Source: an uncultured Eubacteriales bacterium (GTDB taxonomy: Bacteria > Bacillota > Clostridia > Oscillospirales > Acutalibacteraceae). From it: a stretch of 43,930 bases of DNA. Location: the NCBI GenBank assembly GCA_964416045.1, contig CAYQCM010000001.1, forward strand, positions 1 to 43,930, read 5' to 3'. Below are positions 1 to 8,163 of this stretch, piece by piece. Below the pieces are notes generated by a model. That model was not told the DNA's origin and did not search any database. It saw only the letters and a program-made list of their open reading frames with translations. Position numbers and translations under genes: made by a program. Each line of letters starts with the position of its first letter. Position 1 is the stretch's first letter.

Positions 1-150
1 AGCATCTAAGCGTGAAGTCGGCTCCAAGATTAGATATCCCTTAGCAAAAGCTAGTAAGACCCCTTGTAGACTACAAGGTTGATAGGCTGTATGTGTAAGC
101 TTGGTAACAAGTTTAGCTTGGCAGTACTAATTGGTCGAGGGTTTGTCCTT
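1..150 (+). rRNA. rrl: 23S rRNA, 3'-terminal fragment (gene continues upstream of the window)
   Basis: Matches the conserved 23S 3' end (agcatctaag...gttgataggc...gtgtaagc...gtactaat...cctt). Last conserved block ends near 150. Confidence 0.85.
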
Positions 151-211
151 ATTGATTTTTTGGTTTTTCCTAACTGCTTTACTTTTATTCAGTTTTGAAG
201 GTGTAGGTTTT

Positions 212-287
212 GCACCATTAGCTCAGTTGGTAGAGCACCTGACTCTTAATCAGGGTGTCCCGGGTTCAAATCCCTGATGGTGCACCA
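212..287 (+). tRNA. tRNA-Lys (anticodon CTT)
   Basis: Hand-folded cloverleaf. Acceptor gcaccat/atggtgc, D arm gctc/gagc, anticodon stem cctga/tcagg with loop ctCTTaa, T loop ttcaaat, encoded CCA. One C-U mismatch in the T stem. Confidence 0.85.
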
Positions 288-291
288 TTTG

Positions 292-366
292 GGCTCGTTG
301 GTCAAGCGGTTAAGACACTGGCCTCTCACGCCGGTAACGCGAGTTCGATTCTCGCACGAGTCACCA
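292..366 (+). tRNA. tRNA-Glu (anticodon CTC)
   Basis: Acceptor ggctcgt/acgagtc, Firmicute Glu-type D region gtcaagcggttaagac, anticodon stem ctggc/gccgg with loop ctCTCac, T arm gcgag-ttcgatt-ctcgc, encoded CCA. Confidence 0.85.
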
Positions 367-385
367 TAAATTAAGATTAAAGTTT

Positions 386-416
386 TCTCTATGTTTTTAT
401 ATAGAGGATTTTTTAA
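386..416 (+). terminator. Rho-independent terminator ending the rRNA/tRNA operon
   Basis: 7-bp stem tctctat/atagagg, 8-nt loop, followed by a T run (attttttaattt). Confidence 0.6.
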
Positions 417-423
417 TTTATTT

Positions 424-451
424 GTAGATTATATAAAGTAGATTATATAAA
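424..451 (+). repeat. Perfect tandem duplication of a 14-nt unit (gtagattatataaa x2) upstream of tRNA-Ser
   Basis: Direct reading: 424-437 and 438-451 are identical. Duplicates a TATATAA (-10-like) box about 25-40 nt before the tRNA. Confidence 0.9.
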
Positions 452-474
452 AATGATATTCTATACATGATAAT

Positions 475-566
475 GGAGGAGTACCCAAGTGGTTGAAGGG
501 TCTGGCTTCGAATACCAGTAGGTCGATAATATCGGCGCAAGGGTTCAAATCCCTTCTCCTCCGCCA
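475..566 (+). tRNA. tRNA-Ser (anticodon CGA), class II with long variable arm
   Basis: Acceptor ggaggag/ctcctcc, anticodon loop ttCGAat, long variable arm (ggtcgataatatcggc hairpin), T arm aaggg-ttcaaat-ccctt, discriminator G, encoded CCA. 92 nt. Confidence 0.85.
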
Positions 567-571
567 ATAAA

Positions 572-608
572 AGATAAATTTGTTTTAGAACAGATTTGTC
601 TTTTTTTA
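572..608 (+). terminator. Rho-independent terminator after tRNA-Ser
   Basis: 13-bp stem agataaatttgtt/aacagatttgtct (two G-U pairs), loop ttag, then T7 run. Confidence 0.7.
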
Positions 609-869
609 TTGACAAATATAGTAGAAATAAGATTTTGATACTATTTATTGTTTTATTTTTTAAAATATTGGTCTATTTTTTATTATTGTAATAAATGAAT
701 TTTTAATGATACAATTAAATATTAAGTAATTTGTCATTTTATACATAATATATTATATTTATTGCTAATTAATTGCTATTTTATAGAATATACTAAATAT
801 GGAGTGCAATTTTTTGGCAAAGGAGCCATAATAGTTAATATAATATAATTGAATAGGAGTTTTTATAAT

Positions 870-1493
870 ATGAATAATCAAAAATATAAGTTTATTCTTC
901 CACCATTATCATTTGCATATGATTCTTTGAGTCCATATATAAGTGAAGAGACTTTAAAATTTCATCATGACAAACATTTTCAGACTTATGTTGATAACTT
1001 AAATAAAGCGCTTGAAAATTATCCTGAATTTCAACGTTGGAGTTTGGAAAAACTTGTTTGTGATTATAGCAAACTTCCAGAAGATATAGAAAATACTGTT
1101 AGAAACAATGCCGGTGGTGTTTATAATCATTATTTATACTTTGACCTTATGACGCCTAATTCTACTAAAAAACCAGTTGGCACAATAGCAGATGCTATTG
1201 ATAAAAGATTTGGATCATATGATATGTTTAAGAAAGAAATAAAAAATGTTGCTCTTAATACGTTTGGTTCCGGTTGGGCTTGGCTTGTGAAAGACGAAGC
1301 CGGAAACCTAGAAATTATTTCTACACAAAATCAGGATACTCCTTTTACGTTAAATTTATATCCTATTTTATTAGTAGATGTATGGGAGCATGCATATTAC
1401 TTACAGTATCAAAATAGACGTGCAGATTACTTAGATAATTGGTTTAATGTTGTCGATTGGGAAAAAATAGAAAAAAATTTTAATAAACTTTAA
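870..1493 (+). CDS. Fe/Mn-family superoxide dismutase
   Basis: Translation has the SOD hallmarks LPPLSFAYDSLSPYIS, FHHDKHFQTYV and DVWEHAYYLQYQNRRADY. I place the start at ATG 870 (AGGAG at 855-859) rather than the TTG at 849 in the ORF track. Metal specificity cannot be read from sequence alone. Confidence 0.93.
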   Translation: MNNQKYKFILPPLSFAYDSLSPYISEETLKFHHDKHFQTYVDNLNKALENYPEFQRWSLEKLVCDYSKLPEDIENTVRNNAGGVYNHYLYFDLMTPNSTKKPVGTIADAIDKRFGSYDMFKKEIKNVALNTFGSGWAWLVKDEAGNLEIISTQNQDTPFTLNLYPILLVDVWEHAYYLQYQNRRADYLDNWFNVVDWEKIEKNFNKL

Positions 1494-1501
1494 AAAATAA
1501 A

Positions 1502-1527
1502 AGACAAAATATTTTTATATTTTGTCT
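1502..1527. terminator. Bidirectional hairpin terminator between convergent sod and hsp20
   Basis: Perfect 10-bp stem agacaaaata/tattttgtct with 6-nt loop, A/T runs on both sides. Confidence 0.7.
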
Positions 1528-1538
1528 CTTAATATTAT

Positions 1539-1958
1539 TTATTCTATCTCTATAAATGTTTTTTGAGGTTCTTCATTCATTTTAGGAAATTTTAAAATCA
1601 AAGTACCGTTTTCAATTTTAGCTTTTATATCATCATGCTTTACTTTATCACCAACATAAAAACTTCTTGAAGAATGACCTCTATATCTTTCTTTTCTTAT
1701 ACATTTACCATCTTTATCTTTTTCTTCAGAAGAGGAATTTGAAAATGTGGATATTTTTAAATATCCATTGTCTAATTCTATCTTTATATCTTCTTTTTTT
1801 ATACCGGGAATATCAATTATCAATTTATAGTTATTTTCTTCTTCTATTATGTCTGTAGTCATAGTTGTTGAAAAAGTTTTTTTATTCATATATTCAAATA
1901 AATCGTCTATAGGGTTTTTAAGATCATCAAAATAGTTATTATAAGGCATCATATACAT
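1539..1958 (-). CDS. Hsp20/alpha-crystallin family small heat-shock protein
   Basis: 139 aa. Alpha-crystallin-domain pattern (DIIEEENNYKLIIDIPGIKKEDIKIELDNGYLKIS ... RSFYVGD ... IKAKIENGTLILKFPK). Confidence 0.9.
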   Translation of the reverse strand: MYMMPYNNYFDDLKNPIDDLFEYMNKKTFSTTMTTDIIEEENNYKLIIDIPGIKKEDIKIELDNGYLKISTFSNSSSEEKDKDGKCIRKERYRGHSSRSFYVGDKVKHDDIKAKIENGTLILKFPKMNEEPQKTFIEIE

Positions 1959-2034
1959 AATTATTGTCCTCCTAATTTCTGAAATTAAATATTTTATAAT
2001 AATTTTTGCAGATCTTTTTTATATCTGTATTAGT

Positions 2035-2063
2035 ATATTAGCACGATAAATTAGCAGTGTCAA
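2035..2063 (-). promoter_or_regulatory. Sigma-A-type promoter for hsp20 (TTGACA-17-TAATAT on minus strand)
   Basis: Minus strand reads TTGACA (2063->2058), a 17-nt spacer, then TAATAT (2040->2035). The -35 lies inside the CIRCE-like palindrome. Confidence 0.6.
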
Positions 2064-2077
2064 TACTTGAGTGCTAA
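2051..2077 (-). promoter_or_regulatory. CIRCE-like inverted repeat (putative HrcA operator) upstream of hsp20
   Basis: ttagcagtg-N9-gagtgctaa. On the hsp20 coding strand it reads TTAGCACTC-N9-CACTGCTAA, versus consensus TTAGCACTC-N9-GAGTGCTAA (7/9 match in the second arm). An extra ttagcac half-site lies at 2038-2044. Confidence 0.65.
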
Positions 2078-2138
2078 TTTTTTTTATTTAGTAATTTATT
2101 ATTTAATTTAAATATTTTATAATATTAAAATGTAAATA

Positions 2139-2166
2139 TTGACAAATTTTATCGTTGTGATAAAAT
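2139..2166 (+). promoter_or_regulatory. Promoter (TTGACA-16-TGaTAAAAT) in front of the decayed gene
   Basis: TTGACA at 2139-2144 and TAAAAT at 2161-2166 preceded by TG (extended -10). GGAGG at 2191-2195. Confidence 0.5.
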
Positions 2167-2202
2167 AATTCTTTAAATTATTAAAAGATTGGAGGCATTA
2201 AA

Positions 2203-2918
2203 ATTTCAAAAAGTAAAATTAATATTGATATATTAATGTTATTTCTATTATTAGCTTATTTATTACGTTGATTTTAAGCATAGTAATATATTTTCAAGAT
2301 AGAATTAAAAATATAGAAAGTAATTTTTTCCAAGGTGTTGGAGAGACTATTTCTGATACTAATCATAGTAATTCTGAATCACAAAATGATTTGACTATTA
2401 ATTCTATTGTGGGTTCATATGTAGAAGATAAATCTACAAATTTACTATTTTCCCCATATGATTGGGGCAGTAGGGTAGGAATATCTATTTCAGATAATAC
2501 GGAAAAAATATAGTTCTGAAAAGCTTAATAATGCCCTGGGCTGGGACAAAAATACAGTTGCAGACGTACGTGAAATTTATAATTATCATGAATGTATAGA
2601 TAATAACTTTTCAAAGAAAATTCAAGATAGATTTTTAAATGAGATTTATGTTGTTAATCATAACAATAAATTTTATATTTTAGATTCAGGTGGAAGAGGA
2701 GCAAATATTTTTATTTGTCTGCAAAATTTATTAAAGTTAATATTGACTAAAATAAAATTTAATATATTGCTAAGTCGAAGTACGTTGATGATACAAGTGA
2801 AAATTTTGATCCTGAAAAATCTGACGGCGAAAATCTTGTTAGATATGAAGAAAAGCCTTTTATACTCATAAGAGAAAATGGTAAATGACTTGTTGATGAA
2901 TTTACTTTACCTTATTAA
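2203..2918 (+). pseudogene. Decayed gene for a membrane-anchored/secreted protein of unknown function (several frame breaks and an internal TGA)
   Basis: Sense-looking translation runs through three frames. (I)SKSKINIDILMLFLLLAYLLR stops at 2269 and resumes as LILSIVIYFQDR...NTEKI (stop 2513). It resumes again as SEKLNNALGWDKNTVADVREIYNYHECIDNNFSKKIQDRFLNEIYVVNHNNKFYILDSGGRGANIF, then as AKSKYVDDTSENFDPEKSDGENLVRYEEKPFILIRENGK-TGA-LVDEFTLPY (stop 2916-2918). No canonical start codon follows the RBS. Confidence 0.55.
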
Positions 2919-3040
2919 ATATTTTCTTATAGAAAGCTAAATATAGGGTATTAATTATGTTTGTATTTTTTCTTTTAAAGGATGTAATAATAATATTTGG
3001 AATTAAATGTTATATTTAGTGAATGTGAGATGATCTTTTT

Positions 3041-5716
3041 ATGGATTTTTACAGTTTAGATAAAGAAGTAGTTATGGACAAAATGAATACAGATATATCT
3101 GTTGGTCTCACAGATTCACAGGTTAAAAGTAGAATAAAAGAGTACGGGTATAATGAGTTTGAAAAACAATCTTATGAAAGTATATTTAAAAAAATATTAA
3201 ATCAATTAAAAGATATTTCCGTTATTATATTATTGATAGCCGCAGTATTGTCATTTATATTGGCTATTCGAGAAGGTCATGGCTATATTGAGCCATTTGT
3301 AATCTTAAGTATAGTTATTATAAACGTTGTTTTGGCTATATCTCAGGAGAAAAGCGCTGAAAAAGCGATTGACGCTTTATCAGATCTTAATAGTCCTATG
3401 TGTGTAGTTGTTAGAGATGGCGTTCAGAAGAAAATTAATACCTCTGAAGTAGTTCCCGGGGATATAGTTTTGATTAAAACAGGAGATTTAGTCCCAGCCG
3501 ACGCGCGAATAGTTGAAAGTACGAACCTTTTGGTTGACGAGTCTTCGCTTACGGGTGAAAGTGAATCTTCAGAGAAGGGTTCGGGGACATTATCTGGTAA
3601 AAATATTCCTTTGGGAAATCAGGATAATATGGTTTTTTCGGGGTGTCTTGTTAAAGCAGGACATGCAAAATCCGTCGTTGTAGCTACGGGTATGAAAACC
3701 CAAATGGGTAAAATAGCAGGTTTTTTAAATGATACTCAACAAATTAAGACTCCACTTCAAGATAGATTAAATAAAATTGGTAAAATTATTAGTTTTGTTG
3801 CTATTGTGTCTAGCGTACTTTTATTTATATTTGGGTATATACATGGTCAGGATTTTTGGGGTATGATGCTTTTAGCTATATCTTTAGCTGTTGCAGCCGT
3901 ACCGGAAACTCTTTCTTTAATAGTTACTTTATCTCTTATACAAGGTATAAAAAATCTTGTGGATAAGAATGTTTTAACTAGGAAGTTACCTGCTGTGGAG
4001 AATCTTGGAAGCGTGTCCGTTATATGTTCTGACAAGACCGGTACTATTACTCAAAATAAAATGTCTGTAAAGAAACTGTGGGTTAATAATATGGCTCCTA
4101 TACGTGATAATGATGAATTTTCTTCTGAGTATTTAGATCTTATTAAAAAACTTGTTTTGGCAAGTAATGCTTCTATAAAAACTTTTGAAGATGGAAGTAT
4201 AGAAATTATTGGTGATCCTACGGAAAGCGCTATTTTGAGTTTAGGATTTAGAAAAGACATAGATAAAAATGATTTACTGGAAAAATATATTAAAGTAGGG
4301 GAAATACCTTTTTCTTCTGAAAGAAAAATGATGACTAATATTGTTAAACTTCCTACAAATGAGTATTTATTGGTTTGTAAAGGCGCGTTTGACAGACTTC
4401 CCCTTAATATTCAAACTTTTAATTTTGACGAGGCTAAAAATATACACGATTCTTTTGCAAAAGATTCTCTCAGGATAATAGCTTTGGCAAGTAAAATTAT
4501 AAAAGAACTCCCTGATGATAATAATTTCGAAATATTAGAAAAGGATTTGGATTTTATAGGCTTTGTAGGACTTATTGATCCTCCGAGGCCTGGAGTTATG
4601 TCAGCCATCGAATCTGCGAAACGCGCTGGTATACGTACTGTTATGATTACCGGTGATCATGCCGCTACGGCTAAGGCTATTGCTAAGGAACTTAAGATTA
4701 TGTCTGATGAGGATAAGATATTAACTGGTCAAGAATTATCTATGATTTCCGATGAAGAGCTATATGAAACCATACAGGATTATTCTGTTTTTGCAAGAGT
4801 TTCGCCTGAGGATAAGATACGTATTGTTGAGGCGTGGCAGGAAAATGATGAGGTTGTTGCTATGACTGGCGACGGTGTAAATGATGCTCCTGCACTTAAA
4901 GCCGCTGATGTTGGTATTGCTATGGGTAAAAATGGTACGGAAGTTGCCAAGAGCGCCGCTGACGTAGTATTGACAGACGATAATTTTTCTACAATCGTAC
5001 AAGCCGTTAAAGAAGGGCGTAACGTATACTCTAATATTAGAAAAACTGTTTATTTTTTACTTACGTGCAATTTATCAGAAATTATTATTATGCTTGGCGC
5101 TCAAATAATAGGCTGGAATTCTATTCTTACTCCGGCAATGCTTCTTTTAATTAACGTCCTTGGTGACGGTATTCCGGGAATCCAAATTGCTAAAGAAGTT
5201 TCAAGTTCTAACATTATGAACAGAAAACCTGTTCATCGCGATGAAAGTTTTTTTAGTGGCGGACTTATGGAACTTATAGCATGGCAAACTATAATTTTTT
5301 CGGTAATCGCATGGATAGGATATTATTTTGGCGCTTTTATACAGTTATCTTCAAGTATTATTCCTTCTCATGCGGTAGGACAAGCTATGGCTTTTCTTAT
5401 AATAGGATGGTCTTCAATTATACATGTGTTTAATGTTAGAAGCAGGAGATCTATATTTAAAGTAGGATTTACGAAAAATCCTTTACTTAATGTTAGCACG
5501 ATTTGTATGATAATATTTTTTGTTGTTTTAGTTGGAGTGCCGCAGATAGCAAATGTTTTTGAGTTTTATAAATTGGATATTTGGCACTGGATTATTTGTA
5601 TTTTATTCTCACTTGTCCCTACCGTATTTTCAGAGGTAGAAAAATTTTTCTATCAGTTTAAAGAAAGTCAAAGATATAAGTGTAGAATTATGACTCACTT
5701 TTATAAAGACATATAG
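3041..5716 (+). CDS. P-type (P2, Ca2+-ATPase-like) cation-transporting ATPase
   Basis: 891 aa. Motifs TGES, CSDKTGTITQNKM (phosphorylation site), MITGDH, MTGDGVNDAPALK. N-terminal LTDSQVKSRIKEYGYNEF is typical of YloB/PMCA-like pumps. The TM4 motif reads PETL rather than the usual PEGL, so ion specificity is uncertain. Confidence 0.88.
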   Translation: MDFYSLDKEVVMDKMNTDISVGLTDSQVKSRIKEYGYNEFEKQSYESIFKKILNQLKDISVIILLIAAVLSFILAIREGHGYIEPFVILSIVIINVVLAISQEKSAEKAIDALSDLNSPMCVVVRDGVQKKINTSEVVPGDIVLIKTGDLVPADARIVESTNLLVDESSLTGESESSEKGSGTLSGKNIPLGNQDNMVFSGCLVKAGHAKSVVVATGMKTQMGKIAGFLNDTQQIKTPLQDRLNKIGKIISFVAIVSSVLLFIFGYIHGQDFWGMMLLAISLAVAAVPETLSLIVTLSLIQGIKNLVDKNVLTRKLPAVENLGSVSVICSDKTGTITQNKMSVKKLWVNNMAPIRDNDEFSSEYLDLIKKLVLASNASIKTFEDGSIEIIGDPTESAILSLGFRKDIDKNDLLEKYIKVGEIPFSSERKMMTNIVKLPTNEYLLVCKGAFDRLPLNIQTFNFDEAKNIHDSFAKDSLRIIALASKIIKELPDDNNFEILEKDLDFIGFVGLIDPPRPGVMSAIESAKRAGIRTVMITGDHAATAKAIAKELKIMSDEDKILTGQELSMISDEELYETIQDYSVFARVSPEDKIRIVEAWQENDEVVAMTGDGVNDAPALKAADVGIAMGKNGTEVAKSAADVVLTDDNFSTIVQAVKEGRNVYSNIRKTVYFLLTCNLSEIIIMLGAQIIGWNSILTPAMLLLINVLGDGIPGIQIAKEVSSSNIMNRKPVHRDESFFSGGLMELIAWQTIIFSVIAWIGYYFGAFIQLSSSIIPSHAVGQAMAFLIIGWSSIIHVFNVRSRRSIFKVGFTKNPLLNVSTICMIIFFVVLVGVPQIANVFEFYKLDIWHWIICILFSLVPTVFSEVEKFFYQFKESQRYKCRIMTHFYKDI

Positions 5717-5852
5717 AAATTAATTACTTTATTTTTTGATTTTTTCTTTATTTAAAAATATAATTCAAATCATTATATGTTATTTTAATGTATTACTATT
5801 TTTTTAAGGCATATAATAATTATTAAATAAATTAAGAAAGGATCAATTTATA

Positions 5853-7613
5853 ATGACTAATAATATTTCCGTACTTGAATATATAGATAAAATTAAAAAA
5901 CTTGTTAATCCTGATGATATTGTTTGGATAGACGGATCGGAAAACCAACTAGAAATCCTTAGAAAGCAATCTTGCAATAAAGGAGAGCTGATAAAATTAA
6001 ACCAAGAAAAATTGCCGGGATGCTATTTACATCGTACAAAACTAAACGATGTAGCAAGAGTTGAAGACCGTACGTTTATATGCACTGAAACAAAAGATGA
6101 AGCAGGTCCTACAAACAACTGGTGGGACCCTAAAGAAGCTTATGAAAAACTTTTTAGTATTGCTAGAAATAGTTATATAGGTAAAACGATGTATATAATT
6201 CCATATTCTATGGGCCCTATAGGTTCGAAGTTTTCTAAGATAGGAATTGAAATTACTGATTCTATATACGTGGTACTTAATATGGCTATAATGACTAGAG
6301 TTGATAAAGAAGTACTTGAAGTGTTAGGGGATAATAATGACTGGGTTAGAGGACTTCATTGTTCGTGCGATATAGATGAAAAACAAAGATATATTTGTCA
6401 TTTTCCTCAAGACAATACTATTATTTCAGTAAATTCCGGATATGGTGGCAATGTACTTCTGGGTAAAAAATGTTTTGCTTTAAGGATAGCTTCATATCTA
6501 GGGAAAAAAGAAAAATGGATGGCTGAACATATGCTTATTCTTGGTATGCAGAATCCTAAAGGTGAGATAAAGTATATTTGTGCGGCATTTCCATCGGCTT
6601 GTGGAAAAACTAATCTTGCTATGCTTATTCCACCTGAAGTATACAGAAAAAAAGGATATAAGGTTTGGTGCGTTGGTGATGACATTGCATGGCTTAGAAA
6701 AGGAAAGGATGGCAGACTTTGGGCCGTAAATCCTGAAAATGGTTTTTTTGGCGTTGCCCCGGGTACGAATTCCAGGTCAAATCCTAATGCTTTAGCTACT
6801 ACTACGCATGATACTATTTTTACAAACGTAGTCCAAAATTTAGATGATAATACAGTATGGTGGGAAGGTCTTGATAAAAATCCTCCTTCTAATGCCGTTA
6901 ATTGGAAAGGGGAAAAATGGAATGGTAGAATTTCCGAGGAAAAAGGAGCTCATCCTAACAGCCGATTTACTTCTCCTGCTAAAAACTGTCCGTGTATAAG
7001 CAGTGAGTTTGAAAATCCCAATGGAGTTCCTATTTCAGCTATTATTTTTGGAGGAAGAAGAGCTCAAACTATACCTTTAGTTTATGAAGCTTTTGATTGG
7101 AATAGCGGAGTATTTGCTGGGTCTATAATGTCCTCAGAGACAACCGCGGCGGCGGCCGGTAAAGTTGGTGTGCTTAGGCATGATCCAATGGCTATGATAC
7201 CTTTTTGTGGATATGATATGGGAAAATATTTTGGTCATTGGATTGAAATGGGAAAAGAATTAGGGGATAAAGCTCCTAAAATATTTAACGTTAACTGGTT
7301 TAGGACAGATAAAAATGGCAACTTTATTTGGCCTGGATTTGGAGAAAATTTGAGAGTACTTGAATGGATTTTAAAAAGATGTGAAAATGAGATAGAAGCT
7401 CGAAAAACACCTATTGGCTATTTACCATTTTCTAAGGATATTAATCTTGAGGGACTAGATTTAATTTCCTCTGATTTGGATTCTCTTTTGGAAGTTGACA
7501 GTGGTTTATGGAAAAAAGAAATAGAGAACATAAGATCTTTTTATAAGAAGTTTGGGGATACTCTTCCGAAAGAATTGATAGAAAATTTGGATAAAATTGA
7601 TAAATTTTTATAA
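5853..7613 (+). CDS. pckG: Phosphoenolpyruvate carboxykinase (GTP-dependent)
   Basis: 586 aa. GTP-PEPCK signatures: FPSACGKTN (kinase-1a/P-loop), WMAEHMLILG, GDDIAWL, NPENGFFGVAPGT, FGGRR, NWF. Confidence 0.93.
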   Translation: MTNNISVLEYIDKIKKLVNPDDIVWIDGSENQLEILRKQSCNKGELIKLNQEKLPGCYLHRTKLNDVARVEDRTFICTETKDEAGPTNNWWDPKEAYEKLFSIARNSYIGKTMYIIPYSMGPIGSKFSKIGIEITDSIYVVLNMAIMTRVDKEVLEVLGDNNDWVRGLHCSCDIDEKQRYICHFPQDNTIISVNSGYGGNVLLGKKCFALRIASYLGKKEKWMAEHMLILGMQNPKGEIKYICAAFPSACGKTNLAMLIPPEVYRKKGYKVWCVGDDIAWLRKGKDGRLWAVNPENGFFGVAPGTNSRSNPNALATTTHDTIFTNVVQNLDDNTVWWEGLDKNPPSNAVNWKGEKWNGRISEEKGAHPNSRFTSPAKNCPCISSEFENPNGVPISAIIFGGRRAQTIPLVYEAFDWNSGVFAGSIMSSETTAAAAGKVGVLRHDPMAMIPFCGYDMGKYFGHWIEMGKELGDKAPKIFNVNWFRTDKNGNFIWPGFGENLRVLEWILKRCENEIEARKTPIGYLPFSKDINLEGLDLISSDLDSLLEVDSGLWKKEIENIRSFYKKFGDTLPKELIENLDKIDKFL

Positions 7614-7618
7614 AACTG

Positions 7619-7647
7619 TTGACAATTAGTATATATGTATATATAAT
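7619..7647 (+). promoter_or_regulatory. Perfect consensus sigma-A promoter TTGACA-17-TATAAT
   Basis: TTGACA at 7619-7624, 17-nt spacer, TATAAT at 7642-7647. GAGGTG RBS at 7671-7676, ATG at 7683. Confidence 0.75.
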
Positions 7648-7682
7648 AAGTATGAAATATATTATAAAAATGAGGTGTTATT

Positions 7683-8135
7683 ATGAGTATTAATGTTGAA
7701 AAAGTGAATTCTTTGCTTCAATCAGAGGGCTTTGTAGAAAAGTTGAAATCAGACCTTTCTGAGGAAGGTATAGTTAAGGCTTTTGGTGATGGAGGGATAC
7801 AAATAGGACCTAAAGATGCACGTGCCTTTAAAAAAGTTATATCCGGTCTTTACGAATTGGCGGATAGTGATTTGGATGTTTCAGGAGGGGTAAGCTTTGA
7901 AGGAGGTTTTAAAGATATCGGAAAAGGAGTAGGAAATCTTGTTGGAGGAACTGCTAAAGGTGTAGGTACAGTTGCTAGCGGTGTTGCTAAGGGTGTAGGT
8001 ACGGTTGTTGGCAGTGCTGCTAAGGGTGTTGGGAAAACTGTTTGGGGTGTTGCCCAAATTCCTTTAAGCTTAGTATATGATGTTGGTAAGGGAATTTATG
8101 AAGGCGGTAAAGAAGGTTTAGGAATAACAAAGTAA
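7683..8135 (+). CDS. Nif11-like double-glycine leader domain protein with Gly-rich repeat C-terminal region (paralog A)
   Basis: 150 aa. The N-terminal 69 aa (VNSLLQSEGFVEKLKSDLSEEGIVKAFGDGGIQIG...LYELADSDLDVSGG) fit the Nif11-like leader pattern and end in GG. The remaining 81 aa are Gly/Val/Lys-rich. Own promoter, RBS and terminator. Confidence 0.6.
   Translation: MSINVEKVNSLLQSEGFVEKLKSDLSEEGIVKAFGDGGIQIGPKDARAFKKVISGLYELADSDLDVSGGVSFEGGFKDIGKGVGNLVGGTAKGVGTVASGVAKGVGTVVGSAAKGVGKTVWGVAQIPLSLVYDVGKGIYEGGKEGLGITK
7920..8051 (+). repeat. Four tandem 33-nt (11-aa) coding repeats xKGVGxxVxxx inside paralog A
   Basis: GKGVGNLVGGT / AKGVGTVASGV / AKGVGTVVGSA / AKGVGKTVWGV, read directly from aa 80-123. 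Confidence 0.85.
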
Positions 8136-8163
8136 GTTTTTAAGCAATAGAATATTTTTTAAA

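Noticed and set aside
418-615. 65-aa minus-strand ORF from the ORF track
   Set aside because: It lies directly antisense to tRNA-Ser (475-566) and its terminator and has no RBS. It is an artefact of the open frame across a structured RNA gene.
849-869. Upstream alternative starts suggested by the ORF track (sod 849, ptsI 12020, rpmA 20775, paralog B 21077, miaB 25181, divIVA 34399, rluD 38367)
   Set aside because: In each case a downstream ATG or GTG has proper Shine-Dalgarno spacing and yields the canonical conserved N-terminus. The extensions add non-conserved residues or overlap the RBS.
2886-2888. An in-frame TGA in the context ENGK-TGA-LVDEF, which might suggest TGA=Trp (genetic code 4)
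   Set aside because: TGA clearly terminates conserved genes here, for example pfk at 42594-42596 and mutL at 31549-31551. No conserved gene in the window needs TGA read-through. It fits better as a nonsense lesion in a pseudogene.
3847-5002. Four minus-strand ORFs (62-80 aa) inside the P-type ATPase gene. Similar antisense ORFs lie at 1667-1858, 6407-6685, 13289-13537, 15843-16193, 21686-21919, 23929-24174, 28416-29194, 29667-30530, 31441-31704, 32845-33406, 34351-34764, 35402-37033 and 39451-39648
   Set aside because: All are embedded antisense, or out of frame, in long well-supported conserved genes. Their compositions are low-complexity (Ile/Phe/Ser/Leu-rich) and they have no RBS. Such shadow ORFs are expected in AT-rich DNA.
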